Assembly (NCBI RefSeq): GCF_963921235.1
Contig: NC_086108.1
Location: 46,006,001-46,070,000, forward strand
From: Mobula hypostoma
Lineage: Eukaryota
Length of the DNA: 64,000 nt
Reading direction: 5' to 3'
The notes under the pieces were generated by a model that made no database searches, had not been told where the DNA came from, and worked only from the letters and a program-made list of their open reading frames with translations. Shown here one piece after another: positions 35,371-49,562 of this stretch (its first letter is position 1; the number at the start of each line of letters is the position of its first letter). Position numbers and translations under genes: made by a program.

Positions 35371-37989
35371 AAGAGATTGTAAGATTATATTCCATTAAAT
35401 CAGCACACTCTACAAAAGTTGCTCTGTGAATAAATCCCTCATTAGGTGTCTTATCCTCAAAGCTGCTGCTGTGCTCAGTAGGTGATGGAAAGGCTTTGGT
35501 ATGTCAGGATGTGAGTTATGTACCACAGCATATCCAGCTTCTGATCTGTTCCTATAGCCACAGTCGCTATGTAACTGCTCCAGATGAATTATGGTCATCG
35601 CTAATGCACCTCCCTCTAGACACAATGGAGATAACCTCGTTGACAATAATGTCATTGAACATCAAGGATTTAAGTCATATTCTAGGCCCCACTAATATTG
35701 ACAATTGGGATTTTCTTGCAACCTGCTCCTCCTGTTAGCTGCTCAATAATCCACCAGCATTCCATGTTAGATATGATAGAAACGTGGCACTTAGATTTAT
35801 TTGTGCATCATGAAACCCAGGTAACTAAACTGAAATAAAAGTGATGGCCTTGTCTAACTAAGAGAGGTAAGACAGTAATGGGGAATGCTGTGCATACTCA
35901 ATCGAAAGAAACCTGAAGGCTAAAGGCAGCTAAGGATATCTAAAGTACAAACAGCATCCTCCATCCTCAGAGAAAACCTGGTTCCTCACACAGCAGGAGA
36001 CCTAGTTTTCAAAAGGGATTCTGCTTGTGCAGCAAATTCTTGGTAGTAGGGCATAGGTCTTCCAGGACATAACTAACAGATTTTTCTTAACATCTATGCA
36101 TTTTGACTAGAGGTTTCAGTACCATCTCTAAAACTGCACTCATTAAGTATCTCAAGCAGTTGAGATCCAAGGTTTAATTAACAAACTATGCAATGGAGTG
36201 CAAGAGGCTGCCAACAAAGGCAAGAATAAAGTTGAGGAAAACCATATGCTCCTCAACTGTTCTGCATTCTTATTGTTGAAATGCTTGTTTAACATTAGGT
36301 GAACAACACAGGATGTATGTTGGTTTTAATGTCAAGGAACTCAAGTAACATACAAAAACAGGGAAGGATTTGGGGAGTATCTTTAACAACATCAGGCATC
36401 AGTTAAGACTGAAATCTATATGACCATGGTTTTCCAAATTAATTAAATCCATGCTGATAGGGTCCTATCTTTTCAACAGCTATTAAGGCTTAGTATTACT
36501 ACATTTTAATAGAGTGAGTTTGAATAGGTGTTTGACCTTGAACAGATTATTGATTAACCAGCAGACTGATAGTGGTATGATTTTGTGTATGTTTGTTAGT
36601 ACCCCACTAAGGTTATATCTGTTTTAGCAACAAACATTGAAACATCAAAATTTAGCAGAGGGTTTGAAGGTCATACATCTTTGACCTTTGATATTTGTCT
36701 TCCTGTTGGTCTGTTCAATTGCTAATTGTCATTGATAAGGTGGAGGAGAGCTGCTGTCAAGCACTATAGTGCATCTGGCAGAGCTCCACCTAAACCACGG
36801 CTAGATGATGATTCGAGAACTTTGACTCTCACTTTCTAACTGTGGAAAGTGACTTCAGCACTCAAAATAATGGCAGATTCTTCGGCTGCTGCATTGGTAC
36901 TTTGCAGATCACTAAATCCTTATGTCACTTTACAATCTTTAAAAACTTTCTGAAAGCCCATGCTGTGAATGAAAGTTTTGATCAGTCTATGATTCAGCAC
37001 CCATTCCCTTTCTTCTATCTAGTTTAAAGTTCAAATTACGTTTATTATCAAAGTATGTATACTTTATACAACCTTCAGATTTGTCTCATTACAGGCAGCC
37101 ACAAAACAAAGAAACCTCAAAGATCCCGGAAAAAAGACAGTAAAACACTCAGTGTACAGAGAGAAAAAAAGGAGATCGCACAAACAATAAAGGCAAGCTA
37201 ACGGAGGTCAGAATTGAAATCCGCGAAAGAAAGTCTGTCTACTGACACAAAGCGACAGACCCTCAGTTCAGTGCAGAGCTGAGTAAACGTCGTACAGCAG
37301 TGAGCCTTGAGCCCTGACACCCTGACCTTCTCCATCTGGCCCTGTGCTTAAATCATCGTCCAACCATTGGGTTCTGTAGCTTCGATACACTCTGGGGCCT
37401 GGAACTGGGAAGGCACTTGAAAGTTTTGTTATGTTTAAAGATATTATATGGATGTAAGTTGCAATTTCCATGATTCCAGGCGACCAATAATTGTCACATT
37501 GGTGATAGGTGGGTTTAGTTACAGGAAAAAGTTGGGTAGGGTAGCACTTTAATGCAGTGTGGGAGCTAATATAATTACAGTCGATAAATGGTAACCAGCT
37601 ATTTATTTGAAGAATGACATAATCTTAATTTGATTTAATGACATGATCTTAATGTATGATTTTCCTCACCTGAGCATTCCTCCTGTCAAAGAGTATTTGG
37701 AATTGTGATTGTTGCCCGTATACACCATCAAAGTGTATGGTTGCATTTTTGTTAGATGTTCCAAGAAAAGCACATTATTGTTTCTTCTCTTCCACAGACC
37801 CTCCCACCCCCACCCAAGTCAAAGGGCAAAGCCTTGTTGTAAAGTTCAATGCTGATGCAGGCATCACTAGTTTTGAAATGTGTATGACAATACACCATCA
37901 CCTTCATTAAAGTAGTGCAATAGATTGCTATTTTATGATCATAACTACTTTACACTGAGTAATGTCAGAACAGTGAACCTCAACTATGA

Positions 37990-39130
37990 TACCCATGTGT
38001 TGGAGGGAGAGGAAGGTTTCTCAGGACCTTGCTTTGTGGATTCAGAACTGGCTTGCCCACAGAAGGCAAAGGGTGGTTGTAGATGGTTCATATTCTTCAT
38101 GGAGGTCGGTGACCAGTGGTGTTCCGCAGGGATCTGGTTCTGGGACCCCTCCTCTTCGTGATTTTTATAAATGACCTGGATGAAGAAGTAGAAGGGTGGG
38201 TTAGTAAGTTTGCTGATGACACAGAGATTGGGGGTGTTGTGGGCAGTCTGGAGGGTTCTCAGAGGTTACTGCGAGACATTGATAGGATGCAGAACTGGGC
38301 TGAGAAGTGGCAGATGGACTTCAACCCAGATAAGTGTGAAGTGGTTCATTTTGGTAGGTCAAATTTGAAGACAAAATGTAATATAAATGGTAAGACTCTT
38401 GGCAGTGTGGAGGATCTGAGAGTTCTTGGGGTTTGTGTCGATAGGACACTCAAAGCTGCGGTGCAGGTTGACTGTGTTGTTAAGAAGGCAAATGGTGTGC
38501 TGGCATTCATCAACTGTGGGATTGAGTTCAAGAGCCCTGAAGTAATGTTACAGCTATATAAGACCTTGGTCAGACCCCACTTGGACTACTGTGTTCAGTT
38601 CTGGTCACCTCACTACAGGAAGTATGGAGATACTATAGAGAGAGTGCAGAGGAGATTTACAAGGATGTTGCCTGGATTGGAGGGCGTACCTTATGAGAGT
38701 AGGTTGAGTGTACTTGGCCTTTTCTTCTTGGAGTGACGGAGGATGAGTGGTGACCTGACAGAGGTGTACAAGATGATGAGGGACATTGATTGTGTGGATA
38801 GCCAGAGGCTTTTCCCCAGGGCTGAAATGTCTAACATGTGGGGGTATAGTTTTAAGATGCTCGGAAGTAGGTACCAAAGGGATATCAAGGGTACGTTTTT
38901 CACACAGAGGTTGGTGGTTGCGTGGAAAGGGCTGCCAGCAATAGTGTTGGAAGCGGATACAATAGGGTCTTTTAAGAACCTCTTAGGTAGGTACATAGAG
39001 CTTAGTAAGATAGAGGGCTTTGCATTGGGAAAATTCTACGCAGTCTCTGGAGTAGGTTACATGGTTGGTACAACATTGTGGGCCGAAGGGCCTGTAATGT
39101 GCTATAAATTTCTATGTTCTATGTTCTATG
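37990..39130 (+). mobile_element. 5'-truncated CR1 LINE
   Basis: ORFs 38116..38736 (VLGPLLF..SKFADDT..RPHLDYCVQFWSP) and 38743..39327. (TTCTATG)n tail at 39110-39130. Confidence 0.9.
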
Positions 39131-39908
39131 ACACTCTGTGTTCCACAGTCATTATCATCCTTTTAAAGCACTACAATGTGAGAACAGACAACAACTGGAC
39201 CAATTCCTTCTCCACACTGTACAGTCTCAAGCTGACAGCTGTACAACATGTATACTATGTGTCTTTGTTAGGTGGCATCATTAAGCATAGAGGAAACAGG
39301 ACACTAAAAGAAAAAAAAGCTTCCTGATGGAGTCTCTGCACCTTTAATTAAGTCTGATGAATACAAGAATAGGAAGAGACAATCCCCCATCAGTCTGCCC
39401 ACACTCACCGGCACTGGTCACGATATCGTCACTCATGAGTTGAGTTTCCTGAGGGGGAAAAGTATGGGCACCTTACCCAGTACTACCTTTTAAAGTCAAT
39501 CAGATGAATTGGAAGCAAAAGGTAAGAAAGTGGTTGGTAGGTGTGGCCTTGAGTGGGTGGGATGTGAAAGGTGACATCCCTGAAATCTTTCATGGACATC
39601 TCAAATTCTCAGTAAATTTATCACAGACTGAGATGAAGGAATAGAAGGTTCTAGGTCCAAGATTGCACAATTAATAGTGTTGATGGAAACAAATTTGCCA
39701 TGATGGAAACTCACTGGTTTCCTTGGTTATGTTGGTCTGGGGAAGACCGTCTCTGGCCCCGCCAAACGTGTCAGATTGAGGTGCGAGCCCACTGACACCC
39801 CATTCGTGTGGCTGCTGCGTGGCTCCTTACCCTGTTACAAACAAGACAGTACACTGCATACAATTAAATGATTTAGCTTTATAATCCTTAATTTCACTAA
39901 AGAGTTAA

Positions 39909-41711
39909 ACCATAGAAACCATAGAAAAACTACAGCACAGAAACAAGCCTTTTGGCCCTTCTTGGCTGTGCCGAACCATTTTCTGCCTAGTCCCACTGAC
40001 CTGCACACGGACCATATCCCTCCATACACCTCCCATCCATGTATCTGCCCAACTTATTTTTAAATGTTAAAAAAGAACCCGCATTTACCACCTCGTCTGG
40101 CAACTCATTCCACACTCCCACCACTCTCTGTATGAAGAAGTCCCCCTTAATGTTCCCTTTAAACTTTTCCCCCCTCACCCTTAACCCATGTCCTCTGGTT
40201 TTTTTCTCCCCTTGCCTCAGTGGAAAAAGCCTGCTTGCATTCACTCTATCTATACCCATCATAATTTTATATACCTCTATCAAATCTCCCCTCATTCTTC
40301 TACGCTCCAGGGAATAAAGTCCTAACCTATTCAACCTTTCTCTGTAACTGAGTTTCTCAAGTCCTGGCAACGTCCTTGTAAACCTTCTCTGCACTCTTTC
40401 AACCTTATTTATATCCTTCCTGTAATTTGGTGACCAAAACTGAACACAATACTCCAGATTCGGCCTCACCAATGCCTTATACAACCTCATCATAACACTC
40501 CAGCTCTTATACTCAATACTTTGATTAATAAAGGCCAATGTACCAAAAGCTCTCTTTACGACCCTATCTACTTGTGACGCCACTTTTAGGGAATTTTGTA
40601 TCTGTATTCCCAGATCCCTCTGTTCTACTGCACTCCTCAGTGCCCTACCATTTACCCTGTATGTTCTACCTTGGTTTGTCCTTCCAAAGTGCAATACCTC
40701 ACACTTGTCTGTATTAATCTCCATCTGCCATTTTTCAGCCCATTTTTCCAGCTGGTCCAAGTCCCTCTGCAGGCTCTGAAAACCTTCCTCACTGTCTACT
40801 ACACCTCCAATCTTTGTATCATCAGCAAATTTGCTGATCCAATTTACCACATTATCATCCAGATGATTGATATAGATGACAAATAACAATGGACCCAGCA
40901 CTAATCCCTGTGGCACACCACTAGTCACAGGCCTCCACTCAGAGAAGCAATTCTCTACCACCACTCTCTGGCTTCTTCCATGGAGCCAATGTCTAATCCA
41001 ATTTACCACCTCTCCATGTATACCTAGCAACTGAATTTTCCTAACTAACCTGCCATGCGGGACCTTGTCAAAGGCCTTACTGAAATCCATGTAGACAATA
41101 TCCACTGCCTTCCTTTCATCCTCTTTCCTGGTAACCTCTTCGAAAAACTGCAATAGATTGGTCAGACATGACCTACCACGCACAAAGCCATGTTGACTCT
41201 CCCTAATAAGTCCCTGTCTACCCAAATGCTTGTAGATTCTGTCTCTTAGTACTCCCTCCAATACCTTACCTACTACCGATGTTAAACTCACCGGCCTATA
41301 ATTTCCCGGATTACTTTTCAATCCTTTTTTAAACAACGGAACAACATGAGCCACTCTCCAATCCTCCGGCACCTCACCCGTAGACAGCGACATTTTAAAT
41401 ATTTCTGCCAGGGCCCCCGCAATTTCAACATTAGTCTCCTTCAAGGTCCGAGGGAACACTCTGTCAGGTCCACTTTAATTTTCCTCAAGACAGCAAGCAC
41501 CTCCTCCTTTTCAATCTGTACAGTTTCCATGATCTCACTACTTGATTCCCTCAATTCCATAGACTTCATGCCAGTTTCCTTAGTAAATACAGACGCAAAA
41601 AACCTATTTAAGATCTCCCCCATTTCCTTTGGTTCCGCACATAGCCGACCACTCTGATCTTCAAGAAGACCAATTTTATCCCTTACAATCCTTTTGCTCT
41701 TAATATACCTG
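39909..41711 (-). mobile_element. Young 5'-truncated CR1 LINE with an intact RT frame
   Basis: ORF 39987..41459 (490 aa, FADD). (CTATGGTTT)n tail at 39909-39930. Small deletion removing KSPG at ~41470. GTTA at both junctions. Confidence 0.93.
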
Positions 41712-42599
41712 TTAGTAAAGAAAGAAGGAAAAAAAGGAACAGGGCCCATTTTAATGAAACAGTCTAATGTGCACATGTTGGAGCTCACATTTTCCCCTTC
41801 GTCGAACCTCCCTCCATCACCCCAGGCTTCATCGAATCACGGCCCCACTCTGGGCCGAATCCTACAACCTCTTCTCTCTGGTGTCTTCTCTCATCATCTC
41901 TCTCTCTAACAAAAGCCCCAAGCCCAACCTTAGTGTCCCTCAACAGAGAAACCTCCCCTTAATCTGACCATCCTAATTGGATGGCACACAATTCTCCTAT
42001 TTCTTACCTTCACCAATAACACAAACATATGCAGAAAACAAGCAGCTCGCACAGAACAGCACAGAATGAAATACAGAACAGCAAAACAGCAAAAAAGTAT
42101 GTACCAGGGCATTACAGGACAATGAAAGATTGACTTTCAAACTGAGAGCATAATATAGTTCAAAGGGAGGAACAATATTACATTTCATTTCTCATTAGTA
42201 AGGAGAATTGTCTGGAATTAGATTGGACAGGGAAAAGGGAGCAGAATGAAATCACATTTCTAAAGTGGGGCCCAAGAAAGAACGTTAGAGAACCATAGAG
42301 ACCCAAGACATGGGACATGAGGGCAGTTATTGATTATCTGGGAAGTTTATGGACAGACATCTTATATACCTCAGAATCATTCCAAATGTAGAACATGTGA
42401 TTTCACAAAAGTCTTGATTTGCCATCCACAAGTGTTCTATTTTCCCTTTGGGCTTGACCTCCTGTCCCAGGTCCCAAGTCGGTATTGTCAAGTGAAATAG
42501 AAACAGTGCAAATAGATAGAGATACTGTCATATACTCATCTCCATTTGTGAAGGTACAGCGAAAAAGCACCCAGGCCTGAGTGCAGCAAAATTCAATAA

Positions 42600-42978
42600 C
42601 ATTTAGGCACAGGCTGGTGGGTCCATTGTGACATGGAAGTGTTTGGCAATGACCTCTCCAACAAGGGAGAGTTCACAGCAGGAACACTAGTCTCAAAAAC
42701 AATTACTTTTCCCATGCAGTAAGGCTGTTCAACACCTCCACACACCCCCACCATCGCTACATTATCATTTCCTATCAGAGACACCTTATGTACAGATATT
42801 TCTGGGCCTAGTGTCACTCTCTGAACATTCAATCAATCTACATCTGTATATACACTATCTTTACCTTATTGTGTCTTTTTTGTGCTGCATCGGATCTGCA
42901 GTAACAATTAGTTTGTTCTCTTTTACAATTGTGTGCTGGAAATGACATTAAACAATCTTGATTTTTGAATCTTGATTC
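42600..42978 (+). mobile_element. Degenerate Rex1/Babar-like 3' end
   Basis: ctagtctcaaaaacaattacttt.ccc..gcagtaaggctg..aac resembles RLKNSFFP.AVRLLN. Tail attaaacaatcttga..tcttgattc. Confidence 0.55.
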
Positions 42979-42979
42979 T

Positions 42980-43490
42980 AACCACTATTTTGACTTTTAA
43001 CAGCTTTACGAATACACAATCTCCCAGTGCTATCATCCTGGACAATCCCATGACTAGAAAAATAACAGGGCCAGCTACTCAAACATTCTGCCGAAGTCTG
43101 CTGGTGAATGATTCACCAAATGACATCCCAGACCCTTTCTATCATGAGGAGTGAACTAGGATATTCTTCACTAACCTGGGTAAGTGCGGCTCCAACAACC
43201 CAGCATAACGTAGGAAACAGCAGCCAATTTGCTGGCACCTCATCGATCATCAAAAATATTCACCCCCCATCCCAAAAGCATTGCCTTGGGTGTTTATTGT
43301 CCACAAAATTCAGTGTAGAACCTCAGAGATTACTGTGATCTTGTGACTTTCACCTTCACGAAGGAGAAAGTCAGCAGGTGCATGGGAACTGCCTTCACTC
43401 AGAGAACTGCAGTGGTTCAAAGCAGAACTTCACTGCAAGGGCAATTAGGGATGGACAATAAATACTGGGTTTGCTAGTGTTGCCTAGATT
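42980..43490 (+). mobile_element. Old CR1/L2-group LINE 3' fragment (same family as 44180-45700, opposite orientation)
   Basis: Ends gggcaattagggatggacaataaatactgg, the reverse complement of cagcatttattggccatccacaaattgctc at ~44228-44258. Confidence 0.6.
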
Positions 43491-44179
43491 CTGTACAAAA
43501 AACCGCATGTAATTGTTAAAATGCAATAATTCTAGACCATATAGAAATAACCCATCTTCTATTCATGAATTGTTGAAGTATACTCCAACTGTATAGATAT
43601 ATCAGCAAGTGACATTACATCCAAGAAATGATGCAACTCTTTATTATGCAAGAGGAATTACTTATTCATGGTCTATGTTCAATTTTATTAAACTGCTCTA
43701 TCGCAGAATGAATAGGTTTGTAATTTCATTTCCCCATCTTAATTTCTCAGCTTTCTGGAGTTATTGGCTGAATGTTAACGTAAAACCTCTTTCACGACGA
43801 ACTTTCCCAGTTCTAGCAAAAGATCAGCACACAGAAACATTAATTCTGCTTCCCTCCTCCTCTCCAGAGATGCTTCCTGACCTGCTGAGTATTTCCAGCA
43901 TTTTCTGTTGGTGCTTAAGGTTTCCAGCTTTTGCAGTATTTTGCTTTTGGAGCATTTGTTAGCAGTAACACCCAAAAACAATAAAGATAATTGACCACAA
44001 TTAGAGATGTCTGGACGGAGTAAGTCTGTTCGCCTTGATTTAATGCTGCCATCACCAAAGTAAAATTAGCACAACAGAAATATTCAAACTTGTTTGTTGG
44101 AGTAACTCAGACACCATTTCCATTGTCAGAAGTGGATGTGGATAAGAGAAGCCTAAAGGGTATAGATTTCTGATTTTTT

Positions 44180-45700
44180 TTTATTTTGAAAATTCACTTT
44201 ATGGGATCTGCACATTGTTGGTAAGGACAGCATTTATTGGCCATCCACAAATTGCTCTTGAATAGGTAGTGATGAGTTGTCTTCTCAAACTGCTGCAGTC
44301 CTTCTGATGAAAGTGCTCCAACTGCACTGGTGAGCTTGGTGTTCCAAGATTTTGACTCAGTAATGCTGATTGATCATCAGTATGTTTCCAGGTCTTGCCA
44401 GTGGGGAGCCTGCAGAAGCTGGTGTTGTCATGCGTCTTGTCATTGCCTAGGTGGTAGAAATCCTAGGCCTTGAAGGAGTGGCTGGTATGGCCTTATTAAG
44501 TAACTGCAGTACATTTTGTTGATATGAGCCAGTAGAGGAGGGAAAGGATGTTTAGTGTGTTGGATGGAGCACCAATCAAGTAGACTGATTTGTCCTATGT
44601 ATTGTTGAGTTTCTTAAAAGTTGTTAGCAAGTGGAGAGTAGTCTCTGTCTTGTACATAGTGGAGAGGCTTTGAGATACCAGATGAGCAGGACACTCAAAT
44701 TCTGACTTTTGCTTGCAGCCACAGTATTTGTAGGGCTGTTCCGGTTGAGTTTCTGATTAATTGTGACCACCAGGAATTTGACGAAGGATTCTGTGATAGT
44801 AACACTATTGAATGTCAGGGAAAGGTGGTTAGATTCCCATGTTGAGGGTGGTAATTTCCCAGCCTTTTCAGCCACATGCTTCTTACCGTTTATTAGCCCA
44901 TCCCCTTTGATGTCCTTTACATTCAGTTTCACCAGGATACCTTAATGCCACATTTGGTCAAATGCAACCGTGATGTCAAAGGCACTCAGTCTCCCTTTAC
45001 CTCTCAAATTCACTCTTTGGTCCAAGTTTGTTCCAAGGCTCCGATGAAGTCTGGAGTCAATTGATGCCCCATTTGGGCTTTGTATCAGTAAGTTATTGAG
45101 AGCACTGTCAGTACCAGCTTACATCACCTTACTGGTGATTGAGAATAGATTGATTGCATTTGTCTTGCTTTTTGAGAACGGACTTACTTGGGCAATTTCC
45201 TATACTGTCAGCAGATGCCAGTATTGTGAATGAATTGGAACAGTTAGTTCAGGGGCACAGATTTTCCTCACCATCTTGTCCAGTCCTATAGTCTTTGCCG
45301 TATCCACTTCACTCAGCTGTTTCTCAACATTGTTTGGAGCGAATGCTATTGGCTGAAAATTGCGCTGTGCAAGAGGAAGGTGAGATGGTTCATCTATTTC
45401 ACAATTCCTGCTGAACATGGATGCAAATGTTTCATCCATTTGCTTAGCACTTGCATGCTGGACCTAACCAATTGTGAGGACGGTACTGTTTTTGGAGCTG
45501 TCTCCTCTTATTGGATGTCTATTTGCCTTCCGCCATTCATAATTAGATGAGACAAGACTTCAGAGCTTTCATCTGAACTGCTGGTTGGGATGTTGCAGTT
45601 CACTATTTGTGTCTCTGATACTCCTCTGCTGTAGTCCTGTTGCTGCAACTTTACCAGGCGCCATCTCAACATTGTAAGTATGCTTGGTGCCACCTCTGCA
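44180..45700 (-). mobile_element. Old degenerate CR1/L2-group LINE
   Basis: ORF 45200..45439 (VEKQLSEVDTAKTIGLD..ICAPEL..P); tttgacatcacggttgcatttgaccaaatgtgg resembles LDI..AFD.VW; ORF 44624..44932. Confidence 0.7.
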
Positions 45701-46290
45701 GTTACTACTGGAAGAGGACTTATTTTCTTGCTTGGTAGAATGCTAACAGATCTATTGGCAAATAGATTCATCGCAGTTTACACAATAGCTTTCTCAGACC
45801 ATGAACAGTAAATATTCCACATATAATCTTGTTAAGGTTTCCTCGCCTACTCCAGTCAGACGATGATGAGTTCTCAGCATCAAACTGCTTGGACTGGTTC
45901 AGGATTGTGGCTGACTGTGTGTTTCTACTCAAATTATCAGACACTTTTCTTCTCGTTAACTGAAATCTCGCAAACGGAGTGTTAGATGCAGCGTGAAACC
46001 TGCCACACTGCTGCCATGACGACAGCAGCTGTTTTGTTTTTGTTCAAATGAAAGGAATGAAACAGCCGACAGTCTACTGGAAAGGTGTGAAGTTGGCAGA
46101 TTATTATGGTTTCGGAGCTCACTTTCCCCCTGCTGTTGGCCATTCAGAGCCTGTAGTGGAGACTGGTTACTCTGCTGACATCACCTTGGATCGCTGGGTG
46201 TAATATTATTCAGAATAGCGCAGGTGCATGAAGACTGTCACTGCCAGAGGCAGATACAATAATCATATGTGGACAGGAACATGGATAGAA

Positions 46291-46368
46291 AAGGGGTTAC
46301 CAACCCGAGGTCCACAGACTCCTTGGGTAATGGTAGGGTCCGTGGCATAACGAAGGTTGGGAATCCTG
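46291..46368. mobile_element. Possible short hAT-type MITE inside a CR1 3' fragment
   Basis: Imperfect terminal inverted repeats aggggttaccaacc / ggttgggaatcctg interrupt CR1 gatagaaaagg|tttagagggatatgggcca. No clean 8-bp TSD seen. Confidence 0.45.
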
Positions 46369-46739
46369 GTTTAGAGGGATATGGGCCAGATGCAGGCAAA
46401 TGGGTCGAGCCTGGAGGGACACTTTGGTCAGCTTGGATAAATTGGATTGTTACAATTGTAAGGTAACCCCAGCTCTGTACTTAAATATGGACCTTGACCA
46501 AGCTAAAACAGAAAGAAATATGAGCATTTACATAGTACTTTTCACAGCCTCAGATTACCTGTACAACTGACGGTGGGGCCTCTGTACAATATAGAAGTTA
46601 TCAAAATATTAGATAAGGCATTATCAATTACACGAGGTGGCTGGTACAATTGGAACTACCCCAGGATTCCATGCTCAGTACTAAAGGATGAAGAAAGGTA
46701 GGAATATCAGTCAAATGTAGATTTGTCTAAAATCTGTTC

Positions 46740-47005
46740 CTGCTGAGTTTAAGAGTTTGTATGCTCTCCCCGTGACCGTGTGAGTTTCCTCTGGGTGCTC
46801 TGGTTTCCTCCCACAGTCCAAAGACATACCAGTTGGTAAGTTAATTGGTCATTGTAAGTTAATTAGTCATTATAAGTTAATTGGTCATTGTAAGTTGTCC
46901 CGTGATTAGGCTAGGGTTAAATTGGGGTTGCAGGGCGGTGCGGCTCAGAGGGCTGGAAGGGCCCATTCCGTGCTGTATCTCAACAAATAAACCAACAAAT
47001 AAATC
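46740..47005 (+). mobile_element. V-SINE/HE1-like SINE with a CR1-like tail and an internal 18-bp triplication
   Basis: gagtttgtatgctctccccgtgaccgtgtgagtttcctctgggtgctctggtttcctcccacagtccaaagac resembles the V-SINE central domain. Ends gggctggaagggcccattccgtgctgtatctc plus (aaat)n. Confidence 0.72.
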
Positions 47006-47100
47006 ATTTAAAGTTATCTGTACATGTATTCTTCAACTTCAAAAAGCTTAATTTACAAATGTTTGTTAGCACATCATTGACTTTTGGCGTACATCTTCTT

Positions 47101-47599
47101 AGAACATAGATCATAGAACATAGAATAGTACAGCACAGTACAGGCCCTTTGGCCCACAATGTTGTGCCGACCCTCATACCCTGCCTCCCATATAAGCCCC
47201 CACCTTAAATACCTCCATATACCTGTCTAGTAGTCTCTTAAACCTCACTAGTGTATCTGCCTCCACCACTGACTCAGACAGTGCATTCCACGCACCAACC
47301 ACTCTCTGAGTAAAAAACCTTCCTCTAATATCCCCCTTGAACTTCCGACCCCTTACCTTAAAGCCATGTCCTCTTGTATTGAGCAGTGGTGCCCAGGGGA
47401 AGAGGCACTGGCTATCCACTCTATCTATTCCTCTTATTATCTTGTGCACCTCTATCATGTCTCCTCTCATCCTCCTTCTCTCCAAAGAGTAAAGCCCTAT
47501 CTCCCTTAATCTCTGATCATAATGCATTCTCTCTAAACCAGACAGCATCCTGGTAAATCTCTTCTGTACCCTTTCCAATGCTTCCACATCCTTCCTATA
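47101..47599 (-). mobile_element. Short CR1 3' fragment (same subfamily as 25138-29282)
   Basis: ORF 47174..47587 is nearly identical to 28765..29223; (TTCTATG)n tail. Confidence 0.92.
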
Positions 47600-47605
47600 G
47601 TGAGT

Positions 47606-47738
47606 AGGTTAATTGGTCATTGTAAGTTAATTAGTCATTGTAAGTTAATTGGTCATTGTAAGTTAATTAGTCATTGTAAGTTAATTGGTCATTGTAAGTT
47701 AATTAGTCATTGTAAGTTAATTGGTCATTGTAAGTTGT
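47606..47738. repeat. 18-bp tandem repeat x7 with alternating G/A variants (36-bp higher-order unit)
   Basis: GTTAATTGGTCATTGTAA / GTTAATTAGTCATTGTAA. The same array occurs in 3 copies at 46840-46898. Confidence 0.9.
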
Positions 47739-49562
47739 CAAAGAAAATATTCTTTACATCACAAAAAGCGCATCACTCTCCACAAATAGGATTTCATGCC
47801 AGGAATTTCCATAGTGCATTTCACCCCAAAATTTTAATTTACACCAAAATTTAGCTTGACAAATGTTTCCCGGGAATGTGTCCATTTGATCACTGACAAC
47901 CTATTTCAGAAACACTGAGGCTGCTGGCTTGGGGAAAGAGGGAGACTGTGCTTATGTAAACCAGGCACGAGGATGAATTAAAAGTTAGATTTCGGATGCA
48001 GGCATGGGAAGCCTTACACTGGAGCAACCTGAATATTGCCTGTCATTATCTAGCACAATGCCCTCATATGCTCGATGGGTAGATTGTAAACTGAAGCCTC
48101 ATAAGAACTCTCATTCTCCGGAAATAAGCTCCTAACTCTACTGAATACATTTCTACAAAAGCATTATTCTATCTTCCTAAGTGCAGCTTAACAACTTAGA
48201 CAGCAAGTCATTTTGCAACTTGCAGCAATTCATTTGAGTATTTATCATAACACTTCCCTTTGACATTTGCTGTGGCACCTCAGAGCTCATGAAGAGGAAA
48301 CAATCATTTGCACAAATGATTGGCTCTTTGTTCACCAAGTCAGCAGGGAATATGATTCAAATGATGAATTTAACTAAAGCATTGCAATAAAATAATTAAT
48401 ATAATAACAAACATAGGTCTGCCTATTTCCTTCACCCTCTGACAGTAGTGGAAACACACACACTGAATCTTAACAACGTCTGTGTCTCAGGAGGTACTGA
48501 GCGGGGTTGTAATGTACAAGGTCTAAATGCTCATTTGACTATTTGTTGGCTATCGTCCTGTTAATTAATTTGTTTCAGTAAAAAAGACCAAGAGATACGT
48601 GACACACAATGAGATAAAGTGCCTTCCATTGTCCAGAAAAACCTGTTGTTGACATCCTGTCTCTTCCACCCTCAATTTTTCCTGTGTTCACATGATCTCC
48701 ACTTGAGTAGTTGCATGCAACTCATTGGAAAATAATTGGCAGCAGACTCATTTTCCTTCTCAAGTCAGGAGGTATGCTCCTACTGTTGTCCTAGCAAGAT
48801 CAGCTCTCAGGGCTGATTTGGAAAGGGTGATAATTAGTTGAACCACACAAACTGGAAGATCCAGAGTTAATATGGCCATCCTTTGTCTTTTAGTTAGGTT
48901 GTAGACCTTTTACACAGTGAAGTTAATTCATCCTGGGTCTTGGAGGATGTGATCCCTGCTGGATGTTAGATGAGGACTGGATCGGAGTGGACCAGAATAA
49001 ACTAAGATGCATGAAGAATGGCTGTTCGAACTTGGAATAAATATGCATTGTGGATCCAGTATTTATATCCACAATTCTGGTGGGAATATTCAAAAATAAA
49101 TGGCATGTTTACTAAAAATACATATCCCATTGGCTCAGACAATTGACCATTATTCAGTATGACACTTAGATCACAGAACAATGCATAACTTTGGAAAACG
49201 TCCCCGGATGTTTCTCAGGGCTATAAGCAAACAATATCGAATGAGGAGATATCAAGGAAGATGCTTGGTTATAGTGAACTATAAAGAACATTTAAAGGAG
49301 AAAAGATGATGAAAGAGAGGAAGACCTGAAGGCAAAGCTGCTGATGGTAAAGGACTGAATCAGAATACACTTAGTGGAGAAATATTTCTAGAGTGGGGGC
49401 ATGCAAGGGTTGTTGGACTGAAGGAAATTACCAAGACAAGAGAAGGACAGTCAGTCTGTTTAAAAAATATTAATCTTAATACCATTAGGGTTGTTTAGTT
49501 TTCATTTCACTACATGGATATGATTACTGTATTAACAAACCATTGGTGTATACAATGGCAAT

